Below are positions 10,302-24,674 of a stretch of 64,000 nt of DNA, piece after piece. This DNA comes from Eledone cirrhosa (Eukaryota). The notes under the pieces were generated by a model. It searched no databases. It was not told the origin of the DNA and saw only the letters and a list, made by a program, of their open reading frames with translations. The stretch covers positions 34,782,001-34,846,000 of the forward strand of contig OZ024760.1 in assembly GCA_964016885.1 (NCBI GenBank). Reading direction: 5' to 3'. The first letter of the stretch is position 1. Every line of letters starts with the position of its first letter. The translations under genes were made by a program, and so were the position numbers.

Positions 10302-13277
10302 GTTATATTAAAAGGGTTATATCTAGACTGTTTTGTCTGGTTGATATTACAAGGGTTATATCTACACTGTTTTGTCTGGTTGATATTAAAAGGGGTATAT
10401 CTACACTGTTTTGTCTGGGTTATATTAAAGGGGTTATATATACACTATTTTGTCTGGGTTTTATTAAAAGTGTTATATCTACTCTGTTTTGTCTGGTTGA
10501 TATTAAAAGGGTTATATCTACACTGTTTTGTCCTGGTTGATATTAAAAGGGTTATATCTACACTGTTTTGTCTGGGTTATATTAAAAGGTTTATATCTAT
10601 ACGGTTTTGTCCTGGTTGATATTAAAAGGGTTATATCTACACTGTTTTTGTCTGGGTTATATTAAAAGAGTTATATCTACACTGTTTTGTCTGGTTGATA
10701 TTAAATGAGTTATATCTATACTGTTTTATCTGGGTTATATTAAAAGGGTTATATCTACAGTTTTGTCTAGGTTATATTAAAAGGGTTATATCGACACTGT
10801 TTTTGTCTGGGTTATATCAAAAGGGTTATATCTACACTGTTTTGTGTGGGTTATATCAAAAGGTTATATCTACACTGTTTTGTGTGCGTTATATTAAAAG
10901 GGTTATATCTACACTGTTTTGTCTGGGTTATATTAAAAGGGTTATATCTACACTGTTTTGTCTGGTTGATATTAAAAGGGTTATATCTACACTGTTTTGT
11001 CCCGGTTGATATTAAAAGGGTTATATCTACACTGTTTTTGTCTGGGTTATATTAAAAGGGTTATATCTACACTGTTTTGTCCTGGTTGATATTCAAAGGG
11101 TTATATCTATACTGTTTTTATTTGGGTTATATTAAAAGGGTTATAGCTACACTGCTTTGTCCTGGTTGATATTAAAAGGGTTATATCTACACTGTTTTGT
11201 CTGGGTTATATTAAAAGGGTTATATCTACACTGTTTTGTCTGGGTTATATTAAAAGGGTTATATCTACACTGTTTTGTATCGGTTATATTATAAGGGTTA
11301 TATCTACACTGTTTTGTCTGGTTGATATTAAAAGGGTTATATCTACACTGTTTTGTCTGGGTTATATTAAAAGGGTTATATCTATACTGTTTTGTCCTGG
11401 TTGATATTAAAAGGGTTATATCTACACTGTTTTTGTCTGGGTTATATCTACACTGTTTTGGCTGGTTGATATTAAAAGGATTATACCTACACTGTTTTGT
11501 CTGGGTTATATCAAAAGGGTTATATCTACACTGTTTTGTCTGGTTGATATATAAAGAGTTATATCTACACTGTTTTTGTCTGGGTTATATTAAAAGGGTT
11601 ATATCTACACTGTTTTGTCCTGGTTGATATTCAAAGGGTTATATCTACACTGTTTTGTCAGGGTTATATCTACACTGTTTTGTCTGGGTTATATTAAAAG
11701 GGTTATATCTACACTGGTTTGTCCTGGTTGATATTAAAACGGTTATATCTACACTGTTTTGTCTGGGTTATATTAATAGGGTTATATCTACACTGTTTTG
11801 TCTGGGTTATATTAAAAGGCTTATATCTACACTGTGTTGTCTGGGTTATATTAAAAGGGTTATATCTACACTGTTTTATCTGCGTTATATTAAAAGGGTT
11901 ATATCTACACTGTTTTGTCTGGGTTATATTAAAAGTGTTATATCTACACTGTTTTGTCTAGTTGATATTAAAAGGGTTATATCTACACTGTTTTGTCTGG
12001 ATTATATTATAAGGGTTATATCTATACGGTTTTGTCCTGGTTGATATTAAAAGGGTTATATCTACACTGTTTTGTCTGGTTGATATTAAAAGGGTTATAT
12101 CTACACTGTTTTGTCTGGGTTATATTAATAGGGTTATATCAACCCTGATTCATCTGGGTTATATTAAAAGGGTTATATCTATACGGTTTTGTCCTGGTTG
12201 ATATTAAAAGGGTTATATCTACACTGTTTTTGTCTGGGTTATATTAAAAGGGTTATATCTACACTGTTTTGTCTGGTTGATATTAAAAGGGTTATATCTA
12301 CACTGTTTTGTCTGGGTTATATTAAAAGGGTTATATCAACACTGATTCGTCTGGGTTATATTAAAAGGGTTATATCTATACGGTTTTGTCCTGGTTGATA
12401 TTAAAAGGGTTATATCTACACTGTTTTTGTCTGGGTTATATTAAAAGGCTTATATCTACACTGTTTTGTCTGGTTGATATTAAAAGAGTTATATCTATAC
12501 CGTTTTGTCTGGGTTATATTAAAAGGGTTATATCTACAGTTTTGTCTAGGTTATATTAAAAGGGTTATATCTACACTGCTTTGTCTGGTTGGATGTTAAA
12601 AGGGTTATATCTACACTGTTTTGCCCTGGTTGATATTAAAAGGGTTATATCTACACTGTTTTTGTCTGGGTTATATTAAAAGGGTTATATCTACACTGTT
12701 TTGTCTGGGTTATATTGAAAGGGTTTTATCTACACTGTTTTGTCTGGTTGATATTAAAAGGGTTATACCTACACTGTTTTGTCTGGGTTATATCAAAAGG
12801 GTTATATCTATACTGTTTTGTCTGGTTGGTATTAAAAGGGTTATATCTACACTGTTTGGTCTGGGTTATATTTAAAGGGTTATATCTACACTGTTTTTGT
12901 CTGGATTATATTAAAAGGGTTATATCTACACTGTTTTGTCTGGGTTATATTAAAAGGCTTATATCTAGACTGGTTTGTCCTGGTTGATATTAAAACGGTT
13001 ATATCTACACTGTTTTGTCTGGGTGATATTAAAAGGGTTATATCTATACTGTTTTGTCCTGGTTGATATTAAAAGGGTTATATCTACACTGTTTTTGTCT
13101 GGGTTATATTGAAAGGGTTATATCTACACTGTTTTGTGTGGGTTATATTAAAAGGGTTATATCTACATTGTTTTGTCTGGGCTATATTAAAAGGGTTATA
13201 TCTACACTGTTTTGTCTGGGTTATATTAAAAGGGTTATATCTACACTGTTTTTGTCTGGGTTATATTAAAAGTGTTA

Positions 13278-13465
13278 ATATAGCGGTGCATTAGCAGTAT
13301 CAGTAGAGTCGGACACCATGCTTTGAAGCATAGAGTTACGTCCCTTTATGAAGTGAGTTCAAATTCCGCTCCGGTTAACTTTGCCTTTCATCCTTACGGG
13401 GTCAATAAAATAAAGTACCAGTAATGTACTGGCTAATTGCTGGCCTTGTGCCAAAAGTAGAAACA
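13278..13465 (+). mobile_element. SINE-like element subtype A, copy 6
   Basis: Same as copy 5, 3164 bp downstream. Confidence 0.85.
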
Positions 13466-16427
13466 GTTATATTAAAAGGGTTATATCTAGACTGTTTTGT
13501 CTGGTTGATATTACAAGGGTTATATCTACACTGTTTTGTCTGGTTGATATTAAAAGGGGTATATCTACACTGTTTTGTCTGGGTTATATTAAAGGGGTTA
13601 TATATACACTATTTTGTCTGGGTTTTATTAAAAGTGTTATATCTACTCTGTTTTGTCTGGTTGATATTAAAAGGGTTATATCTACACTGTTTTGTCCTGG
13701 TTGATATTAAAAGGGTTATATCTACACTGTTTTGTCTGGGTTATATTAAAAGGTTTATATCTATACGGTTTTGTCCTGGTTGATATTAAAAGGGTTATAT
13801 CTACACTGTTTTTGTCTGGGTTATATTAAAAGAGTTATATCTACACTGTTTTGTCTGGTTGATATTAAATGAGTTATATCTATACTGTTTTATCTGGGTT
13901 ATATTAAAAGGGTTATATCTACAGTTTTGTCTAGGTTATATTAAAAGGGTTATATCGACACTGTTTTTGTCTGGGTTATATCAAAAGGGTTATATCTACA
14001 CTGTTTTGTGTGGGTTATATCAAAAGGTTATATCTACACTGTTTTGTGTGCGTTATATTAAAAGGGTTATATCTACACTGTTTTGTCTGGGTTATATTAA
14101 AAGGGTTATATCTACACTGTTTTGTCTGGTTGATATTAAAAGGGTTATATCTACACTGTTTTGTCCCGGTTGATATTAAAAGGGTTATATCTACACTGTT
14201 TTTGTCTGGGTTATATTAAAAGGGTTATATCTACACTGTTTTGTCCTGGTTGATATTCAAAGGGTTATATCTATACTGTTTTTATTTGGGTTATATTAAA
14301 AGGGTTATAGCTACACTGCTTTGTCCTGGTTGATATTAAAAGGGTTATATCTACACTGTTTTGTCTGGGTTATATTAAAAGGGTTATATCTACACTGTTT
14401 TGTCTGGGTTATATTAAAAGGGTTATATCTACACTGTTTTGTATCGGTTATATTATAAGGGTTATATCTACACTGTTTTGTCTGGTTGATATTAAAAGGG
14501 TTATATCTACACTGTTTTGTCTGGGTTATATTAAAAGGGTTATATCTATACTGTTTTGTCCTGGTTGATATTAAAAGGGTTATATCTACACTGTTTTTGT
14601 CTGGGTTATATCTACACTGTTTTGGCTGGTTGATATTAAAAGGATTATACCTACACTGTTTTGTCTGGGTTATATCAAAAGGGTTATATCTACACTGTTT
14701 TGTCTGGTTGATATATAAAGAGTTATATCTACACTGTTTTTGTCTGGGTTATATTAAAAGGGTTATATCTACACTGTTTTGTCCTGGTTGATATTCAAAG
14801 GGTTATATCTACACTGTTTTGTCAGGGTTATATCTACACTGTTTTGTCTGGGTTATATTAAAAGGGTTATATCTACACTGGTTTGTCCTGGTTGATATTA
14901 AAACGGTTATATCTACACTGTTTTGTCTGGGTTATATTAATAGGGTTATATCTACACTGTTTTGTCTGGGTTATATTAAAAGGCTTATATCTACACTGTG
15001 TTGTCTGGGTTATATTAAAAGGGTTATATCTACACTGTTTTATCTGCGTTATATTAAAAGGGTTATATCTACACTGTTTTGTCTGGGTTATATTAAAAGT
15101 GTTATATCTACACTGTTTTGTCTAGTTGATATTAAAAGGGTTATATCTACACTGTTTTGTCTGGATTATATTATAAGGGTTATATCTATACGGTTTTGTC
15201 CTGGTTGATATTAAAAGGGTTATATCTACACTGTTTTGTCTGGTTGATATTAAAAGGGTTATATCTACACTGTTTTGTCTGGGTTATATTAATAGGGTTA
15301 TATCAACCCTGATTCATCTGGGTTATATTAAAAGGGTTATATCTATACGGTTTTGTCCTGGTTGATATTAAAAGGGTTATATCTACACTGTTTTTGTCTG
15401 GGTTATATTAAAAGGGTTATATCTACACTGTTTTGTCTGGTTGATATTAAAAGGGTTATATCTACACTGTTTTGTCTGGGTTATATTAAAAGGGTTATAT
15501 CAACACTGATTCGTCTGGGTTATATTAAAAGGGTTATATCTATACGGTTTTGTCCTGGTTGATATTAAAAGGGTTATATCTACACTGTTTTTGTCTGGGT
15601 TATATTAAAAGGCTTATATCTACACTGTTTTGTCTGGTTGATATTAAAAGAGTTATATCTATACCGTTTTGTCTGGGTTATATTAAAAGGGTTATATCTA
15701 CAGTTTTGTCTAGGTTATATTAAAAGGGTTATATCTACACTGCTTTGTCTGGTTGGATGTTAAAAGGGTTATATCTACACTGTTTTGCCCTGGTTGATAT
15801 TAAAAGGGTTATATCTACACTGTTTTTGTCTGGGTTATATTAAAAGGGTTATATCTACACTGTTTTGTCTGGGTTATATTGAAAGGGTTTTATCTACACT
15901 GTTTTGTCTGGTTGATATTAAAAGGGTTATACCTACACTGTTTTGTCTGGGTTATATCAAAAGGGTTATATCTATACTGTTTTGTCTGGTTGGTATTAAA
16001 AGGGTTATATCTACACTGTTTGGTCTGGGTTATATTTAAAGGGTTATATCTACACTGTTTTTGTCTGGATTATATTAAAAGGGTTATATCTACACTGTTT
16101 TGTCTGGGTTATATTAAAAGGCTTATATCTAGACTGGTTTGTCCTGGTTGATATTAAAACGGTTATATCTACACTGTTTTGTCTGGGTGATATTAAAAGG
16201 GTTATATCTATACTGTTTTGTCCTGGTTGATATTAAAAGGGTTATATCTACACTGTTTTTGTCTGGGTTATATTGAAAGGGTTATATCTACACTGTTTTG
16301 TGTGGGTTATATCTACATTGTTTTGTCTGGGCTATATTAAAAGGGTTATATCTACACTGTTTTGTCTGGGTTATATTAAAAGTGTTATATCTACACTGTT
16401 TTTGTCTGGGTTATATTAAAAGTGTTA

Positions 16428-16615
16428 ATATAGCGGTGCATTAGCAGTATCAGTAGAGTCGGACACCATGCTTTGAAGCATAGAGTTACGTCCCTTTATG
16501 AAGTGAGTTCAAATTCCGCCCCGGTTAACTTTGCCTTTCATCCTTAAGGGGTCGATAAAATAAAGTACCAGTAATGTACTGGCTAATTGCTGGCCTTGTG
16601 CCAAAAGTAGAAACA
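16428..16615 (+). mobile_element. SINE-like element subtype A, copy 7
   Basis: CCTTAAGGGG variant and downstream GGGTTATTATC insertion shared with copy 1. Confidence 0.85.
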
Positions 16616-19032
16616 GTTATATTAAAAGGGTTATATCTAGACTGTTTTGTCTGGTTGATATTACAAGGGTTATTATCTACACTGTTTTGTCTGGGTTATA
16701 TTAAAAGGCTTATATCTACACTGTGTTGTCTGGTTATATTAAAAGGGTTATATCTACACTGTTTTGTCTGGTTGATATTAAAAGGGGTATATCTACACTG
16801 TTTTGTCTGGGTTATATTAAAAGGGTTATATATACACTGTTTTATCTGCGTTATATTAAAAGGGTTATATCTACACTGTTTTGTCTCGTTGGTATTAAAA
16901 TGGTTATATCTACACTGTTTCGTCTGGATTATATTTAAAGGGTTATATCTACACTGTTTTGTCCTGGTTGATATTAAAAGGGTTATATCTACACTGTTTT
17001 GTCTGGGTTATATTAAAAGGGTTATATCTACACTGTTTTCTCTGGTTGATATTAAAAGGGTTATATCTACACTGTTTTCTGTGGGTTATATTAAAAGGGT
17101 TATATCTACACTGTTTTGTCTGGGTTATATTAAAAGGGTTATATCTACACTGTTTTGTCTGGTTGATATTAAAAGGGTGATATCTACACTGTTTTGTCCC
17201 AGTTGATATTAAAAGAGTTATATCTACACTGTTTTTGTCTGGGTTATGTTAAAAGGGTTATATCTACACTGTTTTGTCCTGGTTGATATTCAAAGGGTTA
17301 TATCTATACTGTTTTTATTTGGGTTATATTAAAAGGGTTATAGCTACACTGCTTTGTCCTGGTTGATATTAAAAGGGTTATATCTACACTGTTTTGTCTG
17401 GGTTATATTAAAAGGGTTATATCTACACTGTTTTGTCTGGTTGATATTAAAAGAGTTATATCTATACTGTTTTGTCTGGGTTATATTAAAAGGGTTATAT
17501 CTACAGTTTTGTCTAGGTTATATTAAAAGGGTTATATCTACACTGCTTTGTCTGGTTGGATATTAAAAGGGTTATATCTACACTGTTTTGTCCTGGTTGA
17601 TATTAAAAGGGTTATATCTACACTATTTTTGTCTGGGTTATATTAAAAGTGTTATATCTACACTGTTTTGTATGGGTTATATTAAAAGGGTTATATCTAC
17701 ACTGTTTTGTCTGGGATATATTAAAAGGGTTATATCTACACTGTTTTGTCTGGGTTATATTGAAAGGGTTATATCTACACTGTTTTGTCTGGTTGATATT
17801 AAAAGGGTTATACCTACACTGTTTTGTCTGGGTTATATCAAAAGGGTTATATCTATACTGTTTTGTCTGGTTGGTATTAAAAGGGTTATTTCTACACTGT
17901 TTGGTCTGGGTTATATTTAAAGGGTTATATCTACACTGTTTTGTCCTGGTTGATATTAAAAGGGTTATATCTACACTTTTTTTGTCTGGGTTATATTAAA
18001 AGGGTTATATCTACACTGTTTTGTCTGGTTGATATTAAAAGGGTTATATCTACACTGTTTTGTGTGGGTTATATTAAAAGGGTTATATCTACACTGTTTT
18101 GTCTGGGTTATATTAAAAGGGTTATATCTACACTGTTTTGTCTGGTTGATATTAAAAGGGTTATATCTGCACTGTTTTGTCCCAGTTGATATTAAAAGGG
18201 TTATATCTACACTGTTTTTTTCTGGGTTATATTAAAAGGGTTATATCTACACTGTTTTGTCCTGGTTGATATTCAAAGGGTTATATCTATACTGTTTTTA
18301 TTTGGGTTATATTAAAAGGGTTATAGCTACACTGCTTTGTCCTGGTTGATATTAAAAGGGTTATATCTACACTGTTTTGTCTGGGTTATATTAAAAGGGT
18401 TATATCTACACTGTTTTGTCTGGGTTATATTAAAATGGTTATATCTACACTGTTTTGTATCGGTTATATTATAAGGGTTATATATACACTGTTTTGTCTG
18501 GTTGATATTAAAAGGGTTATATCTACACTGTTTTGTCTGGGTTATATTAAAAGGGTTATATCTACACTGTTTTGTCTGGGTTATATTAAAAGGGTTATAT
18601 CTACACTGTTTTGTCCTGGTTGATATTAAAAGGGTTATATCTACACTGTTTTTGTCTGGGTTATATTAAAAGGGTTATATCTACACTGTTTTGTCTGGGT
18701 TATATTAAAAGGCTTATATCTACACTGGTTTGTCCTGGTTGATATTAAAACGGTTATATCTACACTGTTTTGTCTGGGTTATATTAAAAGGGTTATATCT
18801 ATACTGTTTTGTCCTGGTTGATATTAAAAGGGTTATATCTACACTGTTTTTGTCTGGGTTATATTGAAAGGGTTATATCTACACTGTTTTGTGTGGGTTA
18901 TATTAAAAGGGTTATATCTACATTGTTTTGTCTGGGCTATATTAAAAGGGTTATATCTACACTGTTTTGTCTGGGTTATATTAAAAGGGTTATATCTACA
19001 CTGTTTTTGTCTGGGTTATATTAAAAGTGTTA

Positions 19033-19220
19033 ATATAGCGGTGCATTAGCAGTATCAGTAGAGTCGGACACCATGCTTTGAAGCATAGAGTTACGTCCCT
19101 TTATGAAGTGAGTTCAAATTCCGCCCCGGTTAACTTTGCCTTTCATCCTTACGGGGTCGATAAAATAAAGTACCAGTAATGTACTGGCTAATTGCTGGCC
19201 TTGTGCCAAAAGTAGAAACA
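19033..19220 (+). mobile_element. SINE-like element subtype A, copy 8
   Basis: Near-identical; same junctions. Confidence 0.85.
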
Positions 19221-22200
19221 GTTATATTAAAAGGGTTATATCTAGACTGTTTTGTCTGGTTGATATTACAAGGGTTATATCTACACTGTGTTGTCTGGTT
19301 ATATTAAAAGGGTTATATCTACACTGTTTTGTCTGGTTGATATTAAAAGGGGTATATCTACACTGTTTTGTCTGGGTTATATTAAAAGGGTTATATATAC
19401 ACTGTTTTATCTGCGTTATATTAAAAGGGTTATATCTACACTGTTTTATCTGGGTTTTATTAAAAGTGTTATATCGACACTGTTTTGTCTGGTTGATATT
19501 AAAAGGGTTATATCGACACTGTTTTGTCTGGTTGATATTAAAAGGGTTATATCTACACTGTTTTGTCCTGGTTGATATTAAAAGGGTTATATCTACACTG
19601 TTTTTTCTGGGTTATATTAAAAGGGTTATATCTATACGGTGTTGTCCTGGTTGATATTAAAAGGGTTATATCTACACTGTTTTTGTCTGGGTTATATTAA
19701 AAGGGTTATATCTACACTGTTTTGTCTGGTTGATATTAAAAGAGTTATATCTATACTGTTTTTGTCTGGGTTATATTAAAAGGGTTATATCTACACTGTT
19801 TTGTCTGGGTTATATTAAAAGGCTTATATCTACACTGTGTTGTCTGGTTATATTAAAAGGGTTATATCTACACTGTTTTGTCTGGTTGATATTAAAAGGG
19901 GTATATCTACACTGTTTTGTCTGGGTTATATTAAAAGGGTTATATATACACTGTTTTATCTGCGTTATATTAAAAGGGTTATATCTACACTGTTTTATCT
20001 GGGTTTTATTAAAAGTGTTATATCGACACTGTTTTGTCTGGTTGATATTAAAAGGGTTATATCGACACTGTTTTGTCTGGTTGATATTAAAAGGGTTATA
20101 TCTACACTGTTTTGTCCTGGTTGATATTAAAAGGGTTATATCTACACTGTTTTTTCTGGGTTATAATAAAAGGGTTATATCTATACGGTGTTGTCCTGGT
20201 TGATATTAAAAGGGTTATATCTACACTGTTTTTGTCTGGGTTATATTAAAAGGGTTATATCTACACTGTTTTGTCTGGTTGATATTAAAAGAGTTATATC
20301 TATACTGTTTTTGTCTGGGTTATATTAAAAGGGTTATATCTACACTGTTTTGTGTGGGTTATATCAAAAGGGTTATATCTACACTGTTTTGTGTGGGTTA
20401 TATCAAAAGGGTTATATCTACACTGTTTTGTGTGGGTTATATTAAAAGGGTTATATCTACACTGTTTTGTCTGGGTTATATTAAAAGGGTTATATCTACA
20501 CTGTTTTGTCTCGGTTATATCAAAAGGGTTATATCTATACTGTTTTGTCCGGGTTATATTAAAGGGGTTATATATACACTGTTTTATCTGCGTTATTTTA
20601 AAAGGGTTATATCTACACTATTTTGTCTGGGTTTTATTAAAAGTGTTATATCGACTCTGTTTTGTCTGGTTGATATTAAAAGGGTTATATCTACACTGTT
20701 TTGTCCTGGTTGATATTAAAAGGGTTATATCTACACTGTTTTGTCTGGGTTATATTAAAAGGGTTATATCTATACGGTTTTGTCCTGGTTGATATTAAAA
20801 GGGTTATATCTACACTGTTTTTGTCTGGGTTATATTACAAGAGTTATATCTACACTGTTTTGTCTGGTTGATATTAAAAGAGTTATATCTATACTGTTTT
20901 ATCTGGGTTATATTAAAAGGGTTATATCTACAGTTTTGTCTAGGTTATATTAAAAGGGTTATATCTACACTGTTTTTGTCTGGGTTATATCAAAAGGGTT
21001 ATATCTACACTGTTTTGTGTGGGTTATATTAAAAGGGTTATATCTACACTGTTTTGTCTGGTTTATATTAAAAGGGTTATATCTACACTGTTTTGTCTGG
21101 TTGATATTAAAAGGGCTATATCTACACTGTTTTTGTGTGGGTTATATTAAAAGGGTTATATCTACACTGTTTTGTCCTGGTTGATATTCAAACGGTTATA
21201 TCTATACTGTTTTTATTTGGGTTATATTAAAAGTGTTATAGCTACACTGCTTTGTCCTGGTTGATATTAAAAGGGTTATATCTACACTGTTTTGTCAGGG
21301 TTATATCTACACTGTTTTGTCTGGGTTATATTGAAAGGGTTATATCTACACTGTTTTGTCTGGGTTATATTAAAAGGCTTATATCTACACTGTGTTGTCT
21401 GGGTTATATTAAAAGGGTTATATCTACACTGTTTTGTCTGGGTTATATTAAAAGTGTTATATCTACACCGTTTTGTCTAGTTGATATTAAATGGGTTATA
21501 TCTACACTGTTTTGTCTGGATTATATTATAAGGGTTATATCTACGGTTTTGTCCTGGTTGATATTAAAAGGGTTATATCTACACTGTTTTGTCTGGTTGA
21601 TATTAAAAGGTTTATATCTACACTGTTTTGTCTGGGTTATATGAATAGGGTTATATCAACCCTGATTCATCTGGGTTATATTAAAAGGGTTATATCTATA
21701 CGGTTTTGTCCTGGTTGATATTAAAAGGGTTATATCTACACTGTTTTTGTCTGGGTTATATTAAAAGGGTTATATCTACACTGTTTTGTCTGGTTGATAT
21801 TAAAAGGGTTATATCTACACTGTTTTGTCTGGGTTATATTAAAAGGGTTATATCAACACTGATTCGTCTGGGTTTTGTTAAAAGGGTTATATCTATACGG
21901 TTTTGTCCTGGTTGATATTAAAAGGGTTATATCTACACTGTTTTTGTCTGGGTTATATTAAAAGGGTTATATCTACACTGTTTTGTCTGGTTGATATTAA
22001 AAGAGTTATATCTATACCGTTTTGTCTAGGTTATATTAAAAGGGTTATATCTACAGTTTTGTCTAGGTTATATTAAAAGGGTTATATCTACACTGCTTTG
22101 TCTGGTTGGATATTAAAAGGGTTATATCTACACTGTTTTGTCCTGGTTGATATTAAAAGGGTTATATCTACACTGTTTTTGTCTGGGTTATATTAAAAGG

Positions 22201-24486
22201 GTTATATCTACACTGTTTTGTCTGGGATATATTAAAAGAGTTATATCTACACTGTTTTGTCTGGGTTATATTGAAAGGGTTATATCTACACTGTTTTGTC
22301 TGGTTGATATTAAAAGGGTTATACCTACACTGTTTTGTCTGGGTTATATCAAAAGGGTTATATCTATACTGTTTTGTCTCGTTGGTATTAAAATGGTTAT
22401 ATCTACACTGTTTTGTCCTGGTTGATATTAAAAGAGTTATATCTACACTGTTTTGTCTGGGTTATATTAAAAGGGTTATATCTACACTGTTTTCTCTGGT
22501 TGATATTAAAAGGGTTATATCTACACTGTTTTCTGTGGGTTATATTAAAAGGGTTATATCTACACTGTTTTGTCTGGGTTATATTAAAAGGGTTATATCT
22601 ACACTGTTTTGTCTGGTTGATATTAAAAGGGTGATATCTACACTGTTTTGTCCCAGTTGATATTAAAAGAGTTATATCTACACTGTTTTTGTCTGGGTTA
22701 TATTAAAAGGGTTATATCTACACTGTTTTGTCCTGGTTGATATTCAAAGGGTTATATCTATACTGTTTTTATTTGGGTTATATTAAAAGGGTTATAGCTA
22801 CACTGCTTTGTCCTGGTTGATATTAAAAGGGTTATATCTACACTGTTTTGTCTGGGTTATATTAAAAGGGTTATATCTACACTGTTTTGTCTGGTTGATA
22901 TTAAAAGAGTTATATCTATACTGTTTTGTCTGGGTTATATTAAAAGGGTTATATCTACAGTTTTGTCTAGGTTATATTAAAAGGGTTATATCTACACTAC
23001 TTTGTCTGGTTGGATATTAAAAGGGTTATATCTACACTGTTTTGTCCTGGTTGATATTAAAAGGGTTATATCTACACTATTTTTGTCTGGGTTATATTAA
23101 AAGTGTTATATCTACACTGTTTTGTATGGGTTATATTAAAAGGGTTTTATCTACACTGTTTTGTATGGGATATATTAAAAGGGTTATATCTACACTGTTT
23201 TGTCTGGGTTATATTGAAAGGGTTATATCTACACTGTTTTGTCTGGTTGATATTAAAAGGGTTATACCTACACTGTTTTGTCTGGGTTATATCAAAAGGG
23301 TTATATCTATACTGTTTTGTCTGGTTGGTATTAAAAGGGTTATTTCTACACTGTTTGGTCTGGGTTATATTTAAAGGGTTATATCTACACTGTTTTGTCC
23401 TGGTTGATATTAAAAGGGTTATATCTACACTTTTTTTGTCTGGGTTATATTAAAAGGGTTATATCTACACTGTTTTGTCTGGTTGATATTAAAAGGGTTA
23501 TATCTACACTGTTTTGTGTGGGTTATATTAAAAGGGTTATATCTACACTGTTTTGTCTGGGTTATATTAAAAGGGTTATATCTACACTGTTCTGTCTGGT
23601 TGATATTAAAAGGGTTATATCTACACTGTTTTGTCCCAGTTGATATTAAAAGGGTTATATCTACACTGTTTTTTTCTGGGTTATATTAAAAGGGTTATAT
23701 CTACACTGTTTTGTCCTGGTTGATATTCAAAGGGTTATATCTATATTGTTTTTATTTGGGTTATATTAAAAGGGTTATAGCTACACTGCTTTGTCCTGGT
23801 TGATATTAAAAGGGTTATATCTACACTGTTTTGTCTGGGTTATATTAAAAGGGTTATATCTACACTGTTTTGTCTGGGTTATATTAAAAGGGTTATATCT
23901 ACACTGTTTTGTATCGGTTATATTATAAGGGTTATATCTACACTGTTTTGTCTGGTTGATATTAAAAGGGTTATATCTACACTGTTTTGTCTGGGTTATA
24001 TTAAAAGGGTTATATCTACACTGTTTTGTCTGGGTTATATTAAAAGGGTTATATCTACACTGTTTTGTCCTGGTTGATATTAAAAGGGTTATATCTACAC
24101 TGTTTTTGTCTGGGTTATATTAAAAGGGTTATATCTACACTGTTTTGTCAGGGTTATATTAAAAGGCTTATATCTACACTGGTTTGTCCTGGTTGATATT
24201 AAAACGGTTATATCTACACTGTTTTGTCTGGGTTATATTAAAAGGGTTATATCTATACTGTTTTGTCCTGGTTGATATTAAAAGGGTTATATCTACACTG
24301 TTTTTGTCTGGTTTATATTGAAAGGGTTATATCTACACTATTTTGTGTGGGTTATATTAAAAGGCTTATATCTACATTGTTTTGTCTGGGCTATATTAAA
24401 AGGGTTATATCTACACTGTTTTGTCTGGGTTATATTAAAAGGGTTATATCTACACTGTTTTTGTCTGGGTTATATTAAAAGTGTTA

Positions 24487-24674
24487 ATATAGCGGTGCAT
24501 TAGCAGTATCAGTAGAGTCGGACACCATGCTTTCAAGCATAGAGTTACGTCCCTTTATGAAGTGAGTTCAAATTCCGCCCCGGTTAACTTTGCCTTTCAT
24601 CCTTACGGGGTCGATAAAATAAAGTACCACTAATGTACTGGCTAATTGCTGGCCTTGTGCCAAAAGTAGAAACA
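24487..24674 (+). mobile_element. SINE-like element subtype A, copy 9
   Basis: TTTCAAGCAT and ACCACTAATG variants. Confidence 0.85.

Larger units (their letters stand above)
9865..16300 (+). repeat. Higher-order tandem duplication, period 3164 bp (two copies, one SINE each)
   Basis: Identical ORF-track entries at a constant offset (9890/13054, 10260/13424, 11655/14819, 12621/15785); boundaries approximate. Confidence 0.9.
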
